Positions 25,811 through 36,064 of a DNA stretch of 64,000 nucleotides are shown here, one piece after another. The translations under genes and the position numbers were made by a program. This DNA comes from a virus. Its lineage: Duplodnaviria > Caudoviricetes. Under the pieces are notes generated by a model, which was not told where the DNA came from, ran no database searches, and worked only from the letters and a program-made list of their open reading frames with translations. Position 1 is the first letter of the stretch. Each line of letters opens with the position of its first letter. The stretch is from positions 1 through 64,000 of IMG/VR virus record IMGVR_UViG_3300037067_015007. One strand, 5' to 3'.

Positions 25811-26224
25811 TTAAGTTGAGGGGATACTAGAAGTAGTGGTTTCCTGAAATTTAACGATAGTGTCCATTAATTTTTCTACATCCTCATCGTTATAAGTCAT
25901 TCTTTGGTTTCCGACATTACCCAATAATTTAGCCAATTCTAATTTTTCATTTTGAGTCATTGATTCTCTATTGGTTCTCAATTTGTGAATCAACTTTTCT
26001 ATTTTTCCCGCCTTTGGGGATGATACTACTTTATGGTACTCATCTAAATATTGTAAAAAATAATTTTTAAATCTTTCAAAATCAGTTTTTTCCATACCGT
26101 CAATCCCACCAATTATTTTTTTTCTATCTTCTTTAAAGTTGTTTATTAATTTTTTAACTATTGCCAAAACTTTATCTTCTTGAAGTCCCACCATTGCATA
26201 AAAATCGGTATAATCTGCTTTCAT
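25811..26224 (-). CDS. hypothetical protein
   Basis: 137-aa ORF. Confidence 0.6.
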   Translation of the reverse strand: MKADYTDFYAMVGLQEDKVLAIVKKLINNFKEDRKKIIGGIDGMEKTDFERFKNYFLQYLDEYHKVVSSPKAGKIEKLIHKLRTNRESMTQNEKLELAKLLGNVGNQRMTYNDEDVEKLMDTIVKFQETTTSSIPST

Positions 26225-26225
26225 T

Positions 26226-26645
26226 TTACTTCCTCTTCTTTGCTTTTGCTATTTGTTTGTTTCTTTGTGCTAAAAGCGCAGCAAACTCTTCATCTGTCCA
26301 AGGCTTATTCCTATCTTGTTTTTGTTGTCGTTTTCTCTTTGGTTTTGATACAGAGGTTTCCGAAAGACCTAAACTTCTTTGTATAATACCGTTTACTTGG
26401 GGGCTGTTGCTAATCAAACCTTTGATTACTTTTTGCTCATCATCGGTATATTCTTTTTTGTGTTTAAATATTGAGATAACACTACTTACCAAATTTGTCA
26501 TGTTTGTGAGAAACTCTGTTTTTACCCCAAACAACCTACCAATATTTGCAAGATTCTGAATGACATCTGCTGTTTTCTTACCTATTTGTTCTGCTTTGGT
26601 ATCTTCTTGAATTTTTCGTTTGGGTTCTATTACTTTAAATTTCAT
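26226..26645 (-). CDS. hypothetical protein
   Basis: 139-aa ORF behind a late-type motif. Confidence 0.6.
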   Translation of the reverse strand: MKFKVIEPKRKIQEDTKAEQIGKKTADVIQNLANIGRLFGVKTEFLTNMTNLVSSVISIFKHKKEYTDDEQKVIKGLISNSPQVNGIIQRSLGLSETSVSKPKRKRQQKQDRNKPWTDEEFAALLAQRNKQIAKAKKRK

Positions 26646-26661
26646 AATGCTTCTCCATCCT

Positions 26662-26684
26662 TATTTATTATAAATCAATAAATA
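26662..26684. promoter_or_regulatory. back-to-back late-promoter-like AATAAATA motifs at the strand switch
   Basis: tatttatt 26662-26669 (minus) and aataaata 26677-26684 (plus). Confidence 0.55.
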
Positions 26685-26687
26685 GAA

Positions 26688-26924
26688 GTGATGGCTTTAT
26701 ACAAATTTTCTAAGCAACAAAAATATTGCGGGACATGCGATTATTGGTATGGTTGCAGAAAACTCGATTCTATTTGGAATCCAATGTTTGTTATTGTTGA
26801 AGGAGCAGGTGCCGAAGAAATGGGAGTTTGTGGACATCGCCGCAGCGGTTGGTGGAATCAGAAGAAAAAAGCAAATATGACTTGTCCGAAATGGGAATTG
26901 TTTGCAAGGTTGAAGAATCTCTAA
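26688..26924 (+). CDS. small Cys-rich protein
   Basis: CGTCDYW...C...CPKW. Confidence 0.5.
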   Translation: MMALYKFSKQQKYCGTCDYWYGCRKLDSIWNPMFVIVEGAGAEEMGVCGHRRSGWWNQKKKANMTCPKWELFARLKNL

Positions 26925-26926
26925 AA

Positions 26927-27640
26927 ATGGGAACAATATATATAGCAACTAACTTGACAAATCAAAAGCAATATGTGGGTAGAACTGTACAAAATTTTAA
27001 AAATAGGAAAAATAGTCATATAAAATTGAGCAAAGAAGAAAATCCAAAATTCTTTTTTCATAAGGCTATTAAAAAATATGGAGTAGATTCTTTTAAATGG
27101 ATATGTATAGAATATCCCAAAAAAGAGTTGAATGAAATGGAGATGTTTTGGATAAAGACTTTGGGCACAAAGGCACCAAATGGTTACAATTTAACTGACG
27201 GTGGAGAAGGTACTTTCAACCCATCAAAAATAACAAGAATGAAAATGAGTGAAAAAAGAAAAGGTATGTATGAAGGAGAAAAAAATCCTTTTTTCGGTAA
27301 ACATCATTCTACTGAAGTTTGCCAATTTTTATCTGATATCAATAAAGGTGAAAATCATCCGCATTGGGGTAAAAAACATTCTGAAAAAACCAAGCAACTA
27401 CAATCTTTAAATATAAAAAATCATCCACAAAGAAAAGAGATAAATGAAAAAATAAGAAAAGCCAAGTTAAAAATGTTCAAATTCCTATCTCCTAAAGGAA
27501 AAGAAGTTATTTGGAAAAATGGTATCAATAAATTTTGTGAATATTATCAACTAAACTATCATAGTATTTGTGCTATTATGAGCAATCATTGGAAACGAAC
27601 CGAATATAAAGGTTGGAAGTTTTTAGGGATGGTAGAATAA
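26927..27640 (+). CDS. GIY-YIG homing endonuclease with NUMOD3 repeats
   Basis: GTIYIATN...YVGRT, PNGYNLTDGGEG, NPFFGKHH; no leader RNA upstream. Confidence 0.9.
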   Translation: MGTIYIATNLTNQKQYVGRTVQNFKNRKNSHIKLSKEENPKFFFHKAIKKYGVDSFKWICIEYPKKELNEMEMFWIKTLGTKAPNGYNLTDGGEGTFNPSKITRMKMSEKRKGMYEGEKNPFFGKHHSTEVCQFLSDINKGENHPHWGKKHSEKTKQLQSLNIKNHPQRKEINEKIRKAKLKMFKFLSPKGKEVIWKNGINKFCEYYQLNYHSICAIMSNHWKRTEYKGWKFLGMVE

Positions 27641-28794
27641 TGCTACAATTTTCCTCAAATATATATTATTATAATAAAAATATCAAGTCGATGTTGATAG
27701 GATTTCTCAACATATTTCCGCAGATGCAGGTAAAAACCTACAATTCCGAAACAGGCCAACCTGAATCGACAATGACTGTTCCTATCATGTTCGGCCCGAT
27801 TGAAAGAAGCACTTATATGAATTCTGAAGGGCAAAGTGTAAATCGCACAGTTCAAATGCCATTGCTTCATTTTGAATTGACCAATATGGAACTCGACAAG
27901 AACCGTGCCTTTGCAATGAAAAGTTTGCATGCGATAGGTAGTCGCTCAGGGGTTGATATCGATAATCTAATGCCTCAACCTTGGAACTTCACTATTATCA
28001 TGAACATCTATGCGAAGTATCAAGAAGAGTTGATGCAGTTGATTGAACAAATTGTCCCTCTGTTCAATTATCATAGAGTTTACTACACCTATCATCCCAT
28101 TTTTTCAGAGACCATTACATTGCCGCATTGGGCGAACATTACGACATATCCAAATTTTGCATTCAACTATGATTATCCTGCGGACGAACGCCGAGGAATT
28201 CTTGCTGTTCCCGTTACGTTTTTGATTGAAAGTTGGTTGGTTCGTGAGTCTTATGAATCGTATGGATTGGTTAAGGAAATTATCACCAATTACCAAGATT
28301 ACGCAACGCAAAAAGGTTTATCAAAAGTTAGGCTCCTGGCTGACCCGACAATTCGTGAAGTGATTTATACGGCGAACCCTTTATACACTCCTGCACTTGG
28401 ACAGTTACTTAGTGGCTCACATTTTACAGGAACTATCGTTGATGTTGCATCGGGGTTTTCGGGGGTTTCTTCTTATTATTCTGACGGGTCTGCATCGGGT
28501 TGGTCTGGATATTCGGATGGAAAATTAGTTGTAAAATTCAATACGGAAAAAGAAGTCTTTCTCAAAAACGAAGGAATACGGGTTGGACTTTCTGCCGTTG
28601 GCACAACTTGTTCTTGCGAACCATACAAACCTTTTGTACAATCAGATTATGGTTGGTCTGCATATTCGGGGGTTTCTGCTGTCAGCGGATGGAGCATGTA
28701 TTCAGGTGTCAGCGGTTATTCGACATATGTTGTTCACCCGTCTTACTCAGGTTATTCGGAGATAAAAACGGATGGGGTTTCGGGTATTATATAA
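27640..28794 (+). CDS. tail completion / sheath stabiliser (T4 gp15-like)
   Basis: YYY...IK.....F...F, VPI.FGP, P.PWNF...MNIY.KYQE...Q.IEQI.P.F; Ser-Gly tail. Confidence 0.75.
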   Translation: MLQFSSNIYYYNKNIKSMLIGFLNIFPQMQVKTYNSETGQPESTMTVPIMFGPIERSTYMNSEGQSVNRTVQMPLLHFELTNMELDKNRAFAMKSLHAIGSRSGVDIDNLMPQPWNFTIIMNIYAKYQEELMQLIEQIVPLFNYHRVYYTYHPIFSETITLPHWANITTYPNFAFNYDYPADERRGILAVPVTFLIESWLVRESYESYGLVKEIITNYQDYATQKGLSKVRLLADPTIREVIYTANPLYTPALGQLLSGSHFTGTIVDVASGFSGVSSYYSDGSASGWSGYSDGKLVVKFNTEKEVFLKNEGIRVGLSAVGTTCSCEPYKPFVQSDYGWSAYSGVSAVSGWSMYSGVSGYSTYVVHPSYSGYSEIKTDGVSGII

Positions 28795-28856
28795 AATATA
28801 AAATTATGAAACATGATAAAATTCAAAACAATAAATAAGTATGATGGAGGTACAAG

Positions 28857-29168
28857 ATGAATGCAGAAGCAAAAGTAACTATTGTAAATAAGAGTGCTAG
28901 TTTACAAACGGTAACTTATACGAATTGGACATATGCGAGTCCCTCGACATCCCGTTCGGTAGTTATTCCCGCAGGTTCTAGTTTCGTTACTTACAATTGG
29001 TGGGAACTTGACCCCGATGATGGCGTAACTCATGTGGCTGTAACGGAAAATATTTTTAATCTTCCTATTGATGAAGGAACCACCTTGACTAAAATTCTTA
29101 TTCAAGATTTTGCATATGATAAAGACAGGGTGTCAATCACATTAACAGCAGGTAGTTACAGCGCATAA
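28857..29168 (+). CDS. small virion protein
   Basis: late motif, GGAGG SD, precedes sheath. Confidence 0.6.
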   Translation: MNAEAKVTIVNKSASLQTVTYTNWTYASPSTSRSVVIPAGSSFVTYNWWELDPDDGVTHVAVTENIFNLPIDEGTTLTKILIQDFAYDKDRVSITLTAGSYSA

Positions 29169-29179
29169 GGAGAATCACA

Positions 29180-31645
29180 ATGGCAGAATATATTAAACCT
29201 GGAATTTATATCAATGAGTACGACAAGTCCTCATATATTACGGAAGGCCCAACTACAATTACAGGTATTTGTGGAACCTCGGCAAAAGGACCAGCAAACG
29301 AAGTAACCTTGATGACCAACTATTCCGAATTTGTTACGACATTCGGACAGGATAGTGGTTATCTAGATTTTTTTGCTAGATTCTTCTTCAAATATGGTGG
29401 AAATAAATTACTCGTTGTCCGTGCGACTGACCAATTCAGTTTCGCAGGTATCACCAACGGTATTGAGTCGATTTATCAAGTTAAAACAACATTAGCACCT
29501 AGCGATACAGAAATTGATATCGAATATGTTTCGGGAGCCGATTATACATATTGGCCCGATTCAGGACTAGTTCGTTTAGACTACAATGGGGATACTGAAT
29601 ATATTGTCTATCGTGAATTGTATCATCTTTCAGGAGCAAGCAACCTTCAGTTACTTGGTTGTCATAGGGCAGTAGATAGCACAACCGCAATCACGATTAG
29701 CACTTGGGGAATCTCAGTAACTCCAGATGCAACTACGGATTATTTTACCTCAGTAACACCACACGGACTTGTAAATGGACAAAATGTCCGCTTTACAGGA
29801 GTAGGTGGTGGTGTATCAACGGGAACGGATTATTGGGTTATTAATAAATCATCATATAGGTTCCAAATCACCGCAGTTAACGGTGGAACCACCCCATTTA
29901 ATTTGACAGACGCAACAGTAAATACTGCTCAAAAATATCCTGTTCCAACAAAGTATATCCATGTTGTAACACCTGTAGTTTGTGGAAATATTGTTTCAGG
30001 AGAAGGCACAGCGTCAATTGCTCTTGATGGTATGAAATATGGTCAATTGCTTGTTGGTCAGACTATAAAATTTGCAGATATATCAAATACTGAAAGAGTA
30101 ATTCGTGGAATTACCACAGCATTTAGCGAAAGCGCAAGAACACAAGCAATAACCCTTACGGGGTCGGCTCCTGCGGCAGTAGATGCAACTTGGGCATGTG
30201 TGGTTCCAAATCCGTTTTATGGGGAAATGGGAGCATATACTTTACCGATGTATTCAAACTATGATGCATGGGCTTTGCCGAAGTATGATGAAAATGGTTA
30301 CGTAACAAAAGGCGCAGGAATCTCAGACCCAACTGAACCCGCAATTTTCATGAACATTTATGCTCGTTCATGCGGTGCATGGGCAAACACGGACGTTCGT
30401 GTAACAGTTTACACTCATGCAACATGGGATTCAGCAACCGTTACTCCATATTTTAAAAACAAAGTAGATTTCGCTCCATCAACCGATGATGAACTTTTGG
30501 TTATCGTTGAAAGCGTAGCAACAGGAAATATCGAAGAATCTTGGTTGGTATCATTGATTCCAACAAAGGTCGATTATTGGGGTAAGGCAATGTTTATTAC
30601 CGACCTCATCAACGACTATTCAAATTGGATTCGTGTATTCGTGAACCCACAGTATATTGCCGCAACAGGAAGTGCATATAATACACCAACCTCAATCACT
30701 TATCTTCCTCATTCATTTGAACGGTATTATCTTGGTGGTGGGACGGATGGTGCATCAAGCATCACTTCTCTTGGTATTTACAGCACACCACAAGTTAGAG
30801 AATTTAAGATTATGGCAGGATACGACTTGTTTGCCGACAAGAATAAGGTGGACGTTGACCTTATTTCGGCAGGTGGAAATCAATCGTTAGCAATTCAGGC
30901 TAATATCAAGTCTATCTGCGAAACAAGAAAAGACTGCGTAGGTATTTTGAATATTCCTTGGGGCTTGTCAATTACGGATGCTGTTCGTTACAAGAACCTT
31001 TTGGGAAGCACCACATATTCAGCAATCTATTGCAACGGCTCAAAGGTTTTGGATGCATTCACGGGGTCTTATGTAACCCTTCCACCTGCAATTCAGGTAA
31101 CTCCATTGATTGTTAAGACAGACCTCATCAGAGACCCGTGGTATGCCGTGGCAGGTGTCAACCGTGGTATGTTGAATGAAGTTATCGAACTTGAAGAAGA
31201 TATCACCGAAGGTGATTTTGAAACGCTTTATGGTGCAGGTATTAACCCGATTATCAATGATGGCGATGGCCCTGTTATTTACGGTATCAAAACCATGTAC
31301 ACAGGTTCGTCTGCTTTCAATAAACTTCCAATTCGTAGATTGATGTTGAAGATGGAGAAGGACATCAAGAATAGCATGAAGGCTTTCTTGTTTGAACCGA
31401 ACACTTTCGATACGAGATTGAGAATTGTTAGAACGGTCGAGCCTTACCTTGAATCAATCAAAGCAAGAGATGGTATCGAAGATTTCCGTGTAGTCTGCGA
31501 CTCTACAAATAATACCAATCAGACTATAGCACAGGGTCAAATCATTGTTGACATTTACATCAAGCCTGTATTCGCCGCAGAATACATCATCTTTAACTTC
31601 ACGGTTACAAAGGATGAAATTAGCTCGATTATTAACAATGCATAA
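29180..31645 (+). CDS. tail sheath protein (T4 gp18-like)
   Basis: PGIYINEYDKS N-terminus; PWYAVAG.NRG, GINPI, IRRL, FLFEPN..T C-terminal sheath motifs. Confidence 0.95.
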   Translation: MAEYIKPGIYINEYDKSSYITEGPTTITGICGTSAKGPANEVTLMTNYSEFVTTFGQDSGYLDFFARFFFKYGGNKLLVVRATDQFSFAGITNGIESIYQVKTTLAPSDTEIDIEYVSGADYTYWPDSGLVRLDYNGDTEYIVYRELYHLSGASNLQLLGCHRAVDSTTAITISTWGISVTPDATTDYFTSVTPHGLVNGQNVRFTGVGGGVSTGTDYWVINKSSYRFQITAVNGGTTPFNLTDATVNTAQKYPVPTKYIHVVTPVVCGNIVSGEGTASIALDGMKYGQLLVGQTIKFADISNTERVIRGITTAFSESARTQAITLTGSAPAAVDATWACVVPNPFYGEMGAYTLPMYSNYDAWALPKYDENGYVTKGAGISDPTEPAIFMNIYARSCGAWANTDVRVTVYTHATWDSATVTPYFKNKVDFAPSTDDELLVIVESVATGNIEESWLVSLIPTKVDYWGKAMFITDLINDYSNWIRVFVNPQYIAATGSAYNTPTSITYLPHSFERYYLGGGTDGASSITSLGIYSTPQVREFKIMAGYDLFADKNKVDVDLISAGGNQSLAIQANIKSICETRKDCVGILNIPWGLSITDAVRYKNLLGSTTYSAIYCNGSKVLDAFTGSYVTLPPAIQVTPLIVKTDLIRDPWYAVAGVNRGMLNEVIELEEDITEGDFETLYGAGINPIINDGDGPVIYGIKTMYTGSSAFNKLPIRRLMLKMEKDIKNSMKAFLFEPNTFDTRLRIVRTVEPYLESIKARDGIEDFRVVCDSTNNTNQTIAQGQIIVDIYIKPVFAAEYIIFNFTVTKDEISSIINNA

Positions 31646-31657
31646 GGAGAGTAAAAC

Positions 31658-32212
31658 ATGGCTAATGCAGTAATCCCACCGACAGCGTTTTTTGATAGAA
31701 CAATTCCGAAAACGGATTATCACCGTCAGTATTTGTTCAAGGTCGTTCTTGACAAAATTGCGGGAGCCGCTGATGAATCGTTAATTACGTATTTTGTTGC
31801 CAACACATCTTCACCTACTGAAACTACAGGTATGATTCCTGTCGATTGGATGAACTCCCAACTCAAACTCGGTGGCAGAACCATCTATGCAGAATGGACA
31901 GTAACAGTTAGAGACGATACAGATTCGAAGGCTTATCAATATTTCAAGTTATGGAGACGTTTGGTTTACCAAACCTCCGACCAAGGTGGTGTAGCAGGTG
32001 GCGGTGGACAATCAAGCCTTCCTTGGGAATATAAAAAGAGCATCAGCCTCTTTCTTTTGGATAATCGTGGAGACGAAACCAAAAGAGGGTATGTTTTGAA
32101 AGGAGCATTCCCAACAGTTATCGGGGCGATGACTTTAGATTATTCGACAGAAGGAATTGTTACCTTCCCTGTTACCATACAGTATGACGAGTTCTTACCA
32201 TATCCTCTATAA
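31658..32212 (+). CDS. tail tube protein (T4 gp19-like)
   Basis: R.YLF.V, KLGGR..Y.EWTVT.RDD, Y.L.GAFP..IG...LDY, F.VT.QYD. Confidence 0.85.
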   Translation: MANAVIPPTAFFDRTIPKTDYHRQYLFKVVLDKIAGAADESLITYFVANTSSPTETTGMIPVDWMNSQLKLGGRTIYAEWTVTVRDDTDSKAYQYFKLWRRLVYQTSDQGGVAGGGGQSSLPWEYKKSISLFLLDNRGDETKRGYVLKGAFPTVIGAMTLDYSTEGIVTFPVTIQYDEFLPYPL

Positions 32213-32259
32213 TTGATATAAATTTTATATTTGGTACAGGGGGTAAGGAACAAAACTAA

Positions 32260-33066
32260 ATGGAAAGATTATCCCCGAAAAGTTTTAGTACAATCATTGA
32301 TTCTATTGAGTATCAAAAAGCCTATCTATTTCGTATTCTGCTTCCTGAAGTTGACTTGATTGATAGTTCAGGAAATAGAGGGGCCACGAAACTAAAACCA
32401 TTTGAAAAATTCGAATTATGCACTTCAGCAACAGCATTGCCTGGTTTACAAACGGATGTTCAACCTATTCCTTATTACAATGGAGAATTGAAGATTGCCA
32501 CTAAAACCAAATATGGAAATTGGGGTGCGACATTCAGATTGGATATAAACAAACAAGCGGCAGGGCATGGACTTGGGCCTATAACTAAAGTCTCTAGTCC
32601 TCTTTTAAGTTATTTTTTTGGAATCAATGCCAATATCCCATTAGACGCTACGAGCACATATCAATATTTTTACAATTGGGCTAGGGTCGTTTACAATATT
32701 AAGACCCGTGTTTCTTATTTACCAATAGTTTATAAACAACCGATAGATTTATTTTTACTCAATGAGCAAGGTCAAGACATTTTGAACTTTACATTGTATG
32801 GAGCATTTCCTGTCAATATTAGTGGTGGAAATTTGGATTATGCCAATGATGGTCTATTGACTTATAATGTTGATTTCGCATTTGATAGTTTTGAGTTAAA
32901 AGATGTAGGCACGTCTCAATATGTATCGGCATCAACAGCGGCAGACCAAAGAGCGACACAACTAAAGGCCATTGAAAATATTAAGAATTCTACTGTAGAA
33001 ATTGTGAAAGAGGGAATAGAAGGTGTTAAAAACGAATTGGAAGCGATAGCAACAATATTCAAATAA
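32260..33066 (+). CDS. tail tube-like paralog
   Basis: KAYLFRI, LPG, YGNW..TF, L.GAFP.NI....LDY, V.FAFD. Confidence 0.75.
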   Translation: MERLSPKSFSTIIDSIEYQKAYLFRILLPEVDLIDSSGNRGATKLKPFEKFELCTSATALPGLQTDVQPIPYYNGELKIATKTKYGNWGATFRLDINKQAAGHGLGPITKVSSPLLSYFFGINANIPLDATSTYQYFYNWARVVYNIKTRVSYLPIVYKQPIDLFLLNEQGQDILNFTLYGAFPVNISGGNLDYANDGLLTYNVDFAFDSFELKDVGTSQYVSASTAADQRATQLKAIENIKNSTVEIVKEGIEGVKNELEAIATIFK

Positions 33067-33067
33067 A

Positions 33068-33577
33068 ATGGCAAACATATTCACTATCAAACAATTTAAT
33101 GAAATAGCAATCAAGGATTATCTTCGAACCTATCTTTTTCAAGTGGATATATCTTATCAAGGTTCGGCTCAATTTAACTGTCAATGGATATCAAATACAG
33201 CAACTCCTGTCGTGGTTACAAGTGCCCAAGTTATCGATTACATGCACACCCAAGTTAGAAGAGGCGGCAAAACCATTCCCCAACAATGGCAAATTACTGT
33301 AAGAGATGATAGTATGGGAGAAGCATTTTCTTTTTTTAATACATGGAGAAATTTGATATATCCTCATATGAAAACATCCGTCCCGTTTGATTATAAGGGG
33401 TTTGCTACGTTGAGATTGATGAACCCTTCTTTTGAATTGGACAGGATTTATAAACTTTATGGTGTATGGCCTATGGAAATTGGTGCTATCACATTGGATT
33501 ATGAATCAGATAATATCAGTACATTCCCCGCAACCTTATCTTTTGATTTTTTTGAAACAGGAAGTATATCAACATGA
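33068..33577 (+). CDS. tail tube-like paralog
   Basis: RTYLFQV, WQITVRDD, LYGVWP.EIG.I.LDY. Confidence 0.75.
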   Translation: MANIFTIKQFNEIAIKDYLRTYLFQVDISYQGSAQFNCQWISNTATPVVVTSAQVIDYMHTQVRRGGKTIPQQWQITVRDDSMGEAFSFFNTWRNLIYPHMKTSVPFDYKGFATLRLMNPSFELDRIYKLYGVWPMEIGAITLDYESDNISTFPATLSFDFFETGSIST

Positions 33578-34158
33578 TGCCGATGTCGCCTTCAGAATTC
33601 CAAAATACTTTAAACAAATATTTAGATTTTCATAGAGCATATTTGTTTAGAGTTCTATTTTTTGATAACATTGTTGGAACCGTAGGCGGCATTTTAGTAA
33701 CTGAATTAATCTCCGCAACAGATACTCCATCTTCATCAACAACTCAAATTAACGTTGGGTGGATGGGAAGTAAATTGAAATTGGCGGGTAAGACTGATTA
33801 TGTAAATTGGAAAGTGAGTGTTCGTGATGACGCTAGAAATGTGGCCTTTTCTTATTTTCAGGATTGGCGGGAAAGGGTATATAGCATCAAAAGCGGACGA
33901 AGTTATAGAGAATCGGGGTCTTTATCAAAATTGGGATATAAAAGGTCAGCAGTAGTTGCCTTGATAGGAAATAGGCCAACAGATTTGACAATTGCAAGAG
34001 CATATATTTTACGTGGAATATGGCCTACTGATGTCGGCCCTGTTTCGCTTGATTATTCTACAGAACAATTATCAATTTTTCCTGTGAATTTTTCGATGGA
34101 TTATTTCGAACCTTATTCTTTAACTTCCGAACTTAGTAAACTAATCACAAAAGTATAA
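33574..34158 (+). CDS. tail tube-like paralog
   Basis: HRAYLFRV, WKVSVRDD, L.GIWP.DVG.V.LDY. Confidence 0.75.
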   Translation: MMPMSPSEFQNTLNKYLDFHRAYLFRVLFFDNIVGTVGGILVTELISATDTPSSSTTQINVGWMGSKLKLAGKTDYVNWKVSVRDDARNVAFSYFQDWRERVYSIKSGRSYRESGSLSKLGYKRSAVVALIGNRPTDLTIARAYILRGIWPTDVGPVSLDYSTEQLSIFPVNFSMDYFEPYSLTSELSKLITKV

Positions 34159-34230
34159 ATCTCAAAAAACGAAATAATCAACATTTTACATAAATAAAGG
34201 TGTCCAAGTACAAAGGAGGATTTTATACAA

Positions 34231-35148
34231 ATGGAACAACCAAAAAATTTACAACAAATTGCGAAGGAAAAGGCTCAGGCGCAGATGCCTAATGCCCCAA
34301 CCCCCGCACCTACAGTTCCCAACGTGGAAGCTGAGGGGATGGAAAAGTTAAATGCTTTACCATCCAATCACATCATGAATGTTATCAGGTCGTTGAAGGA
34401 AAACCAAACAAGACCGACCGTATGGTTTGATTTTGAATTACCTTCAAATGGGAAATGCGGTTATCCGAAAGACATCAAATTGAGGGAGTTAACAACTGAA
34501 GATGAGAAAATTCTTATCAAAGAAATGTTTGCTTCAAAGGACAATTCACTCTTGGATGTTATCAAAAAATGTGCCAAGTTTGAGACCATGCCGAACTTCG
34601 ATTTTGAAAACTTGACGAATTTTGACCAAGACTTCATTATTATTGAATTGTCGGCAATCACTTTCCCAGGTGAAAAAGACATCACCATTACGGATGATAA
34701 GAACCACAAAATCGGAATCAAATTGAACAAGGAAGATTTATCTTTTACTCCTGTTCCTGCCGATTTAGAATATCCGTTAAAAGTGGTCTTGCCTTCAACT
34801 AAAATCGAGTGGTATCTCAATTTTATTACTTTGAAAAAAGTGAAAGAAATTGATAAGGCTGTAAAGTCTTTATCTGCCGATGTCTTGACCCGCTTGCTCG
34901 TTTCTATTGCTCTTTCAACAGAGAAAATAGAGAAAAACAATCAACCGATTACGTCTGAAAACTTTTATGAACTCGTAAAGTTGCTTGACAGCCTTCCCCC
35001 GACAGATTTGAAAAAAATCATCGACTCGTATAATGAAATGAGTGAAGCGTATGGTTATAAACTGACCAAAGACTATTACTGCACCGAATGCGGTAAGGGA
35101 GGGCAGATGGAGCTTGAACCGCTCAACTTTTTTCGGATTACAATATAA
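34231..35148 (+). CDS. baseplate hub / tail assembly chaperone (T4 gp26-like)
   Basis: LPS.G, I.LRE.T..DEKIL, C-terminal CTECG...LNFF. Confidence 0.7.
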   Translation: MEQPKNLQQIAKEKAQAQMPNAPTPAPTVPNVEAEGMEKLNALPSNHIMNVIRSLKENQTRPTVWFDFELPSNGKCGYPKDIKLRELTTEDEKILIKEMFASKDNSLLDVIKKCAKFETMPNFDFENLTNFDQDFIIIELSAITFPGEKDITITDDKNHKIGIKLNKEDLSFTPVPADLEYPLKVVLPSTKIEWYLNFITLKKVKEIDKAVKSLSADVLTRLLVSIALSTEKIEKNNQPITSENFYELVKLLDSLPPTDLKKIIDSYNEMSEAYGYKLTKDYYCTECGKGGQMELEPLNFFRITI

Positions 35149-35341
35149 CGCTTCAAAACTAGTCAGTCGCTACAAGGATTTATTGACGGAAGTTTTTAAC
35201 CTTAGTTATTTGGGGCATTTAGGCGGTATTAACGATATTTTTGCTTTATCAGTAAACGATAGAATCATATTTTTAGATATTTTGAATAAGACGCTAAATG
35301 CAGAGAAAAATAGTCAAAACGCTATACAACAAATACGATAA
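35114..35341 (+). CDS. small tail assembly ORF (gp51-like or frameshift extension)
   Basis: overlaps the previous gene across TTTTTTC; no internal ATG. Confidence 0.5.
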   Translation: MNRSTFFGLQYNASKLVSRYKDLLTEVFNLSYLGHLGGINDIFALSVNDRIIFLDILNKTLNAEKNSQNAIQQIR

Positions 35342-35342
35342 C

Positions 35343-35441
35343 AATAAATAGTAGTGAAGGACAGGGCTGACGAGCCTTTTTGAGATGCCTTAATCATTTC
35401 AAATTACTTCATTTATATTTTGACCGATTAAGGAGGGCAAA
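35343..35441 (+). ncRNA. endonuclease-associated pseudoknotted leader RNA, copy 4
   Basis: P1 AGUGAAG/CUUCAUU, P2 GGCU-GACG-AGCC, P3 UUGAGAUG/CAUUUCAA, loop CCUUAAU pairs with AUUAAGG at the SD. Confidence 0.75.
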
Positions 35442-36011
35442 ATGAATTATAAACATCTTACTGAAGAAGAAAGAAAACAATCAAAACAAAGAAGAAATCA
35501 TAGATATTATGAAAATAATAAAAAAAAGATAATTATAGAAGTAAAAAAATATCGTAAAAAACATAAAGAAATTTTACAGAAGTACAGTAAAAATTATTAT
35601 CAAACTCATAAAAAGGAAATAAATACTAATCATAAAAATTATCGTGAAAATCATAGAAAAGAAATGTCCAAATATATTGTAAATAGATTAAAAACAGACA
35701 TAAATTTTAAACTTGCCCATAATTTACGAAATAGATTGAGAAAGGCTTTACATCGTAACCAAAAATCGGGTTCCGCAGTTGGAGATTTAGGTTGTTCTAT
35801 TTCTGCCCTCAAAACATATTTAGAATCCAAGTTTCAAGAGGGAATGGCTTGGGAGAATTGGAGTAAAACAGGTTGGCATATAGACCATATTATACCTTTG
35901 GATTCATTCAATCTTCAAAATAGGGAAGAATTTCTAAAGGCTTGTCATTACACAAATCTTCAACCACTTTGGGCTGAAGAGAATATTACTAAAGGAAACA
36001 ATTTATTATAA
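35442..36011 (+). CDS. HNH homing endonuclease
   Basis: WHIDHIIPLDSFNLQNREEFLKACHYTNLQPLWAEEN. Confidence 0.9.
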   Translation: MNYKHLTEEERKQSKQRRNHRYYENNKKKIIIEVKKYRKKHKEILQKYSKNYYQTHKKEINTNHKNYRENHRKEMSKYIVNRLKTDINFKLAHNLRNRLRKALHRNQKSGSAVGDLGCSISALKTYLESKFQEGMAWENWSKTGWHIDHIIPLDSFNLQNREEFLKACHYTNLQPLWAEENITKGNNLL

Positions 36012-36064
36012 TAAATAATATTGAAAAGGATTTTCTCTTTCACTTTCAATAAGGATTTCACAAT

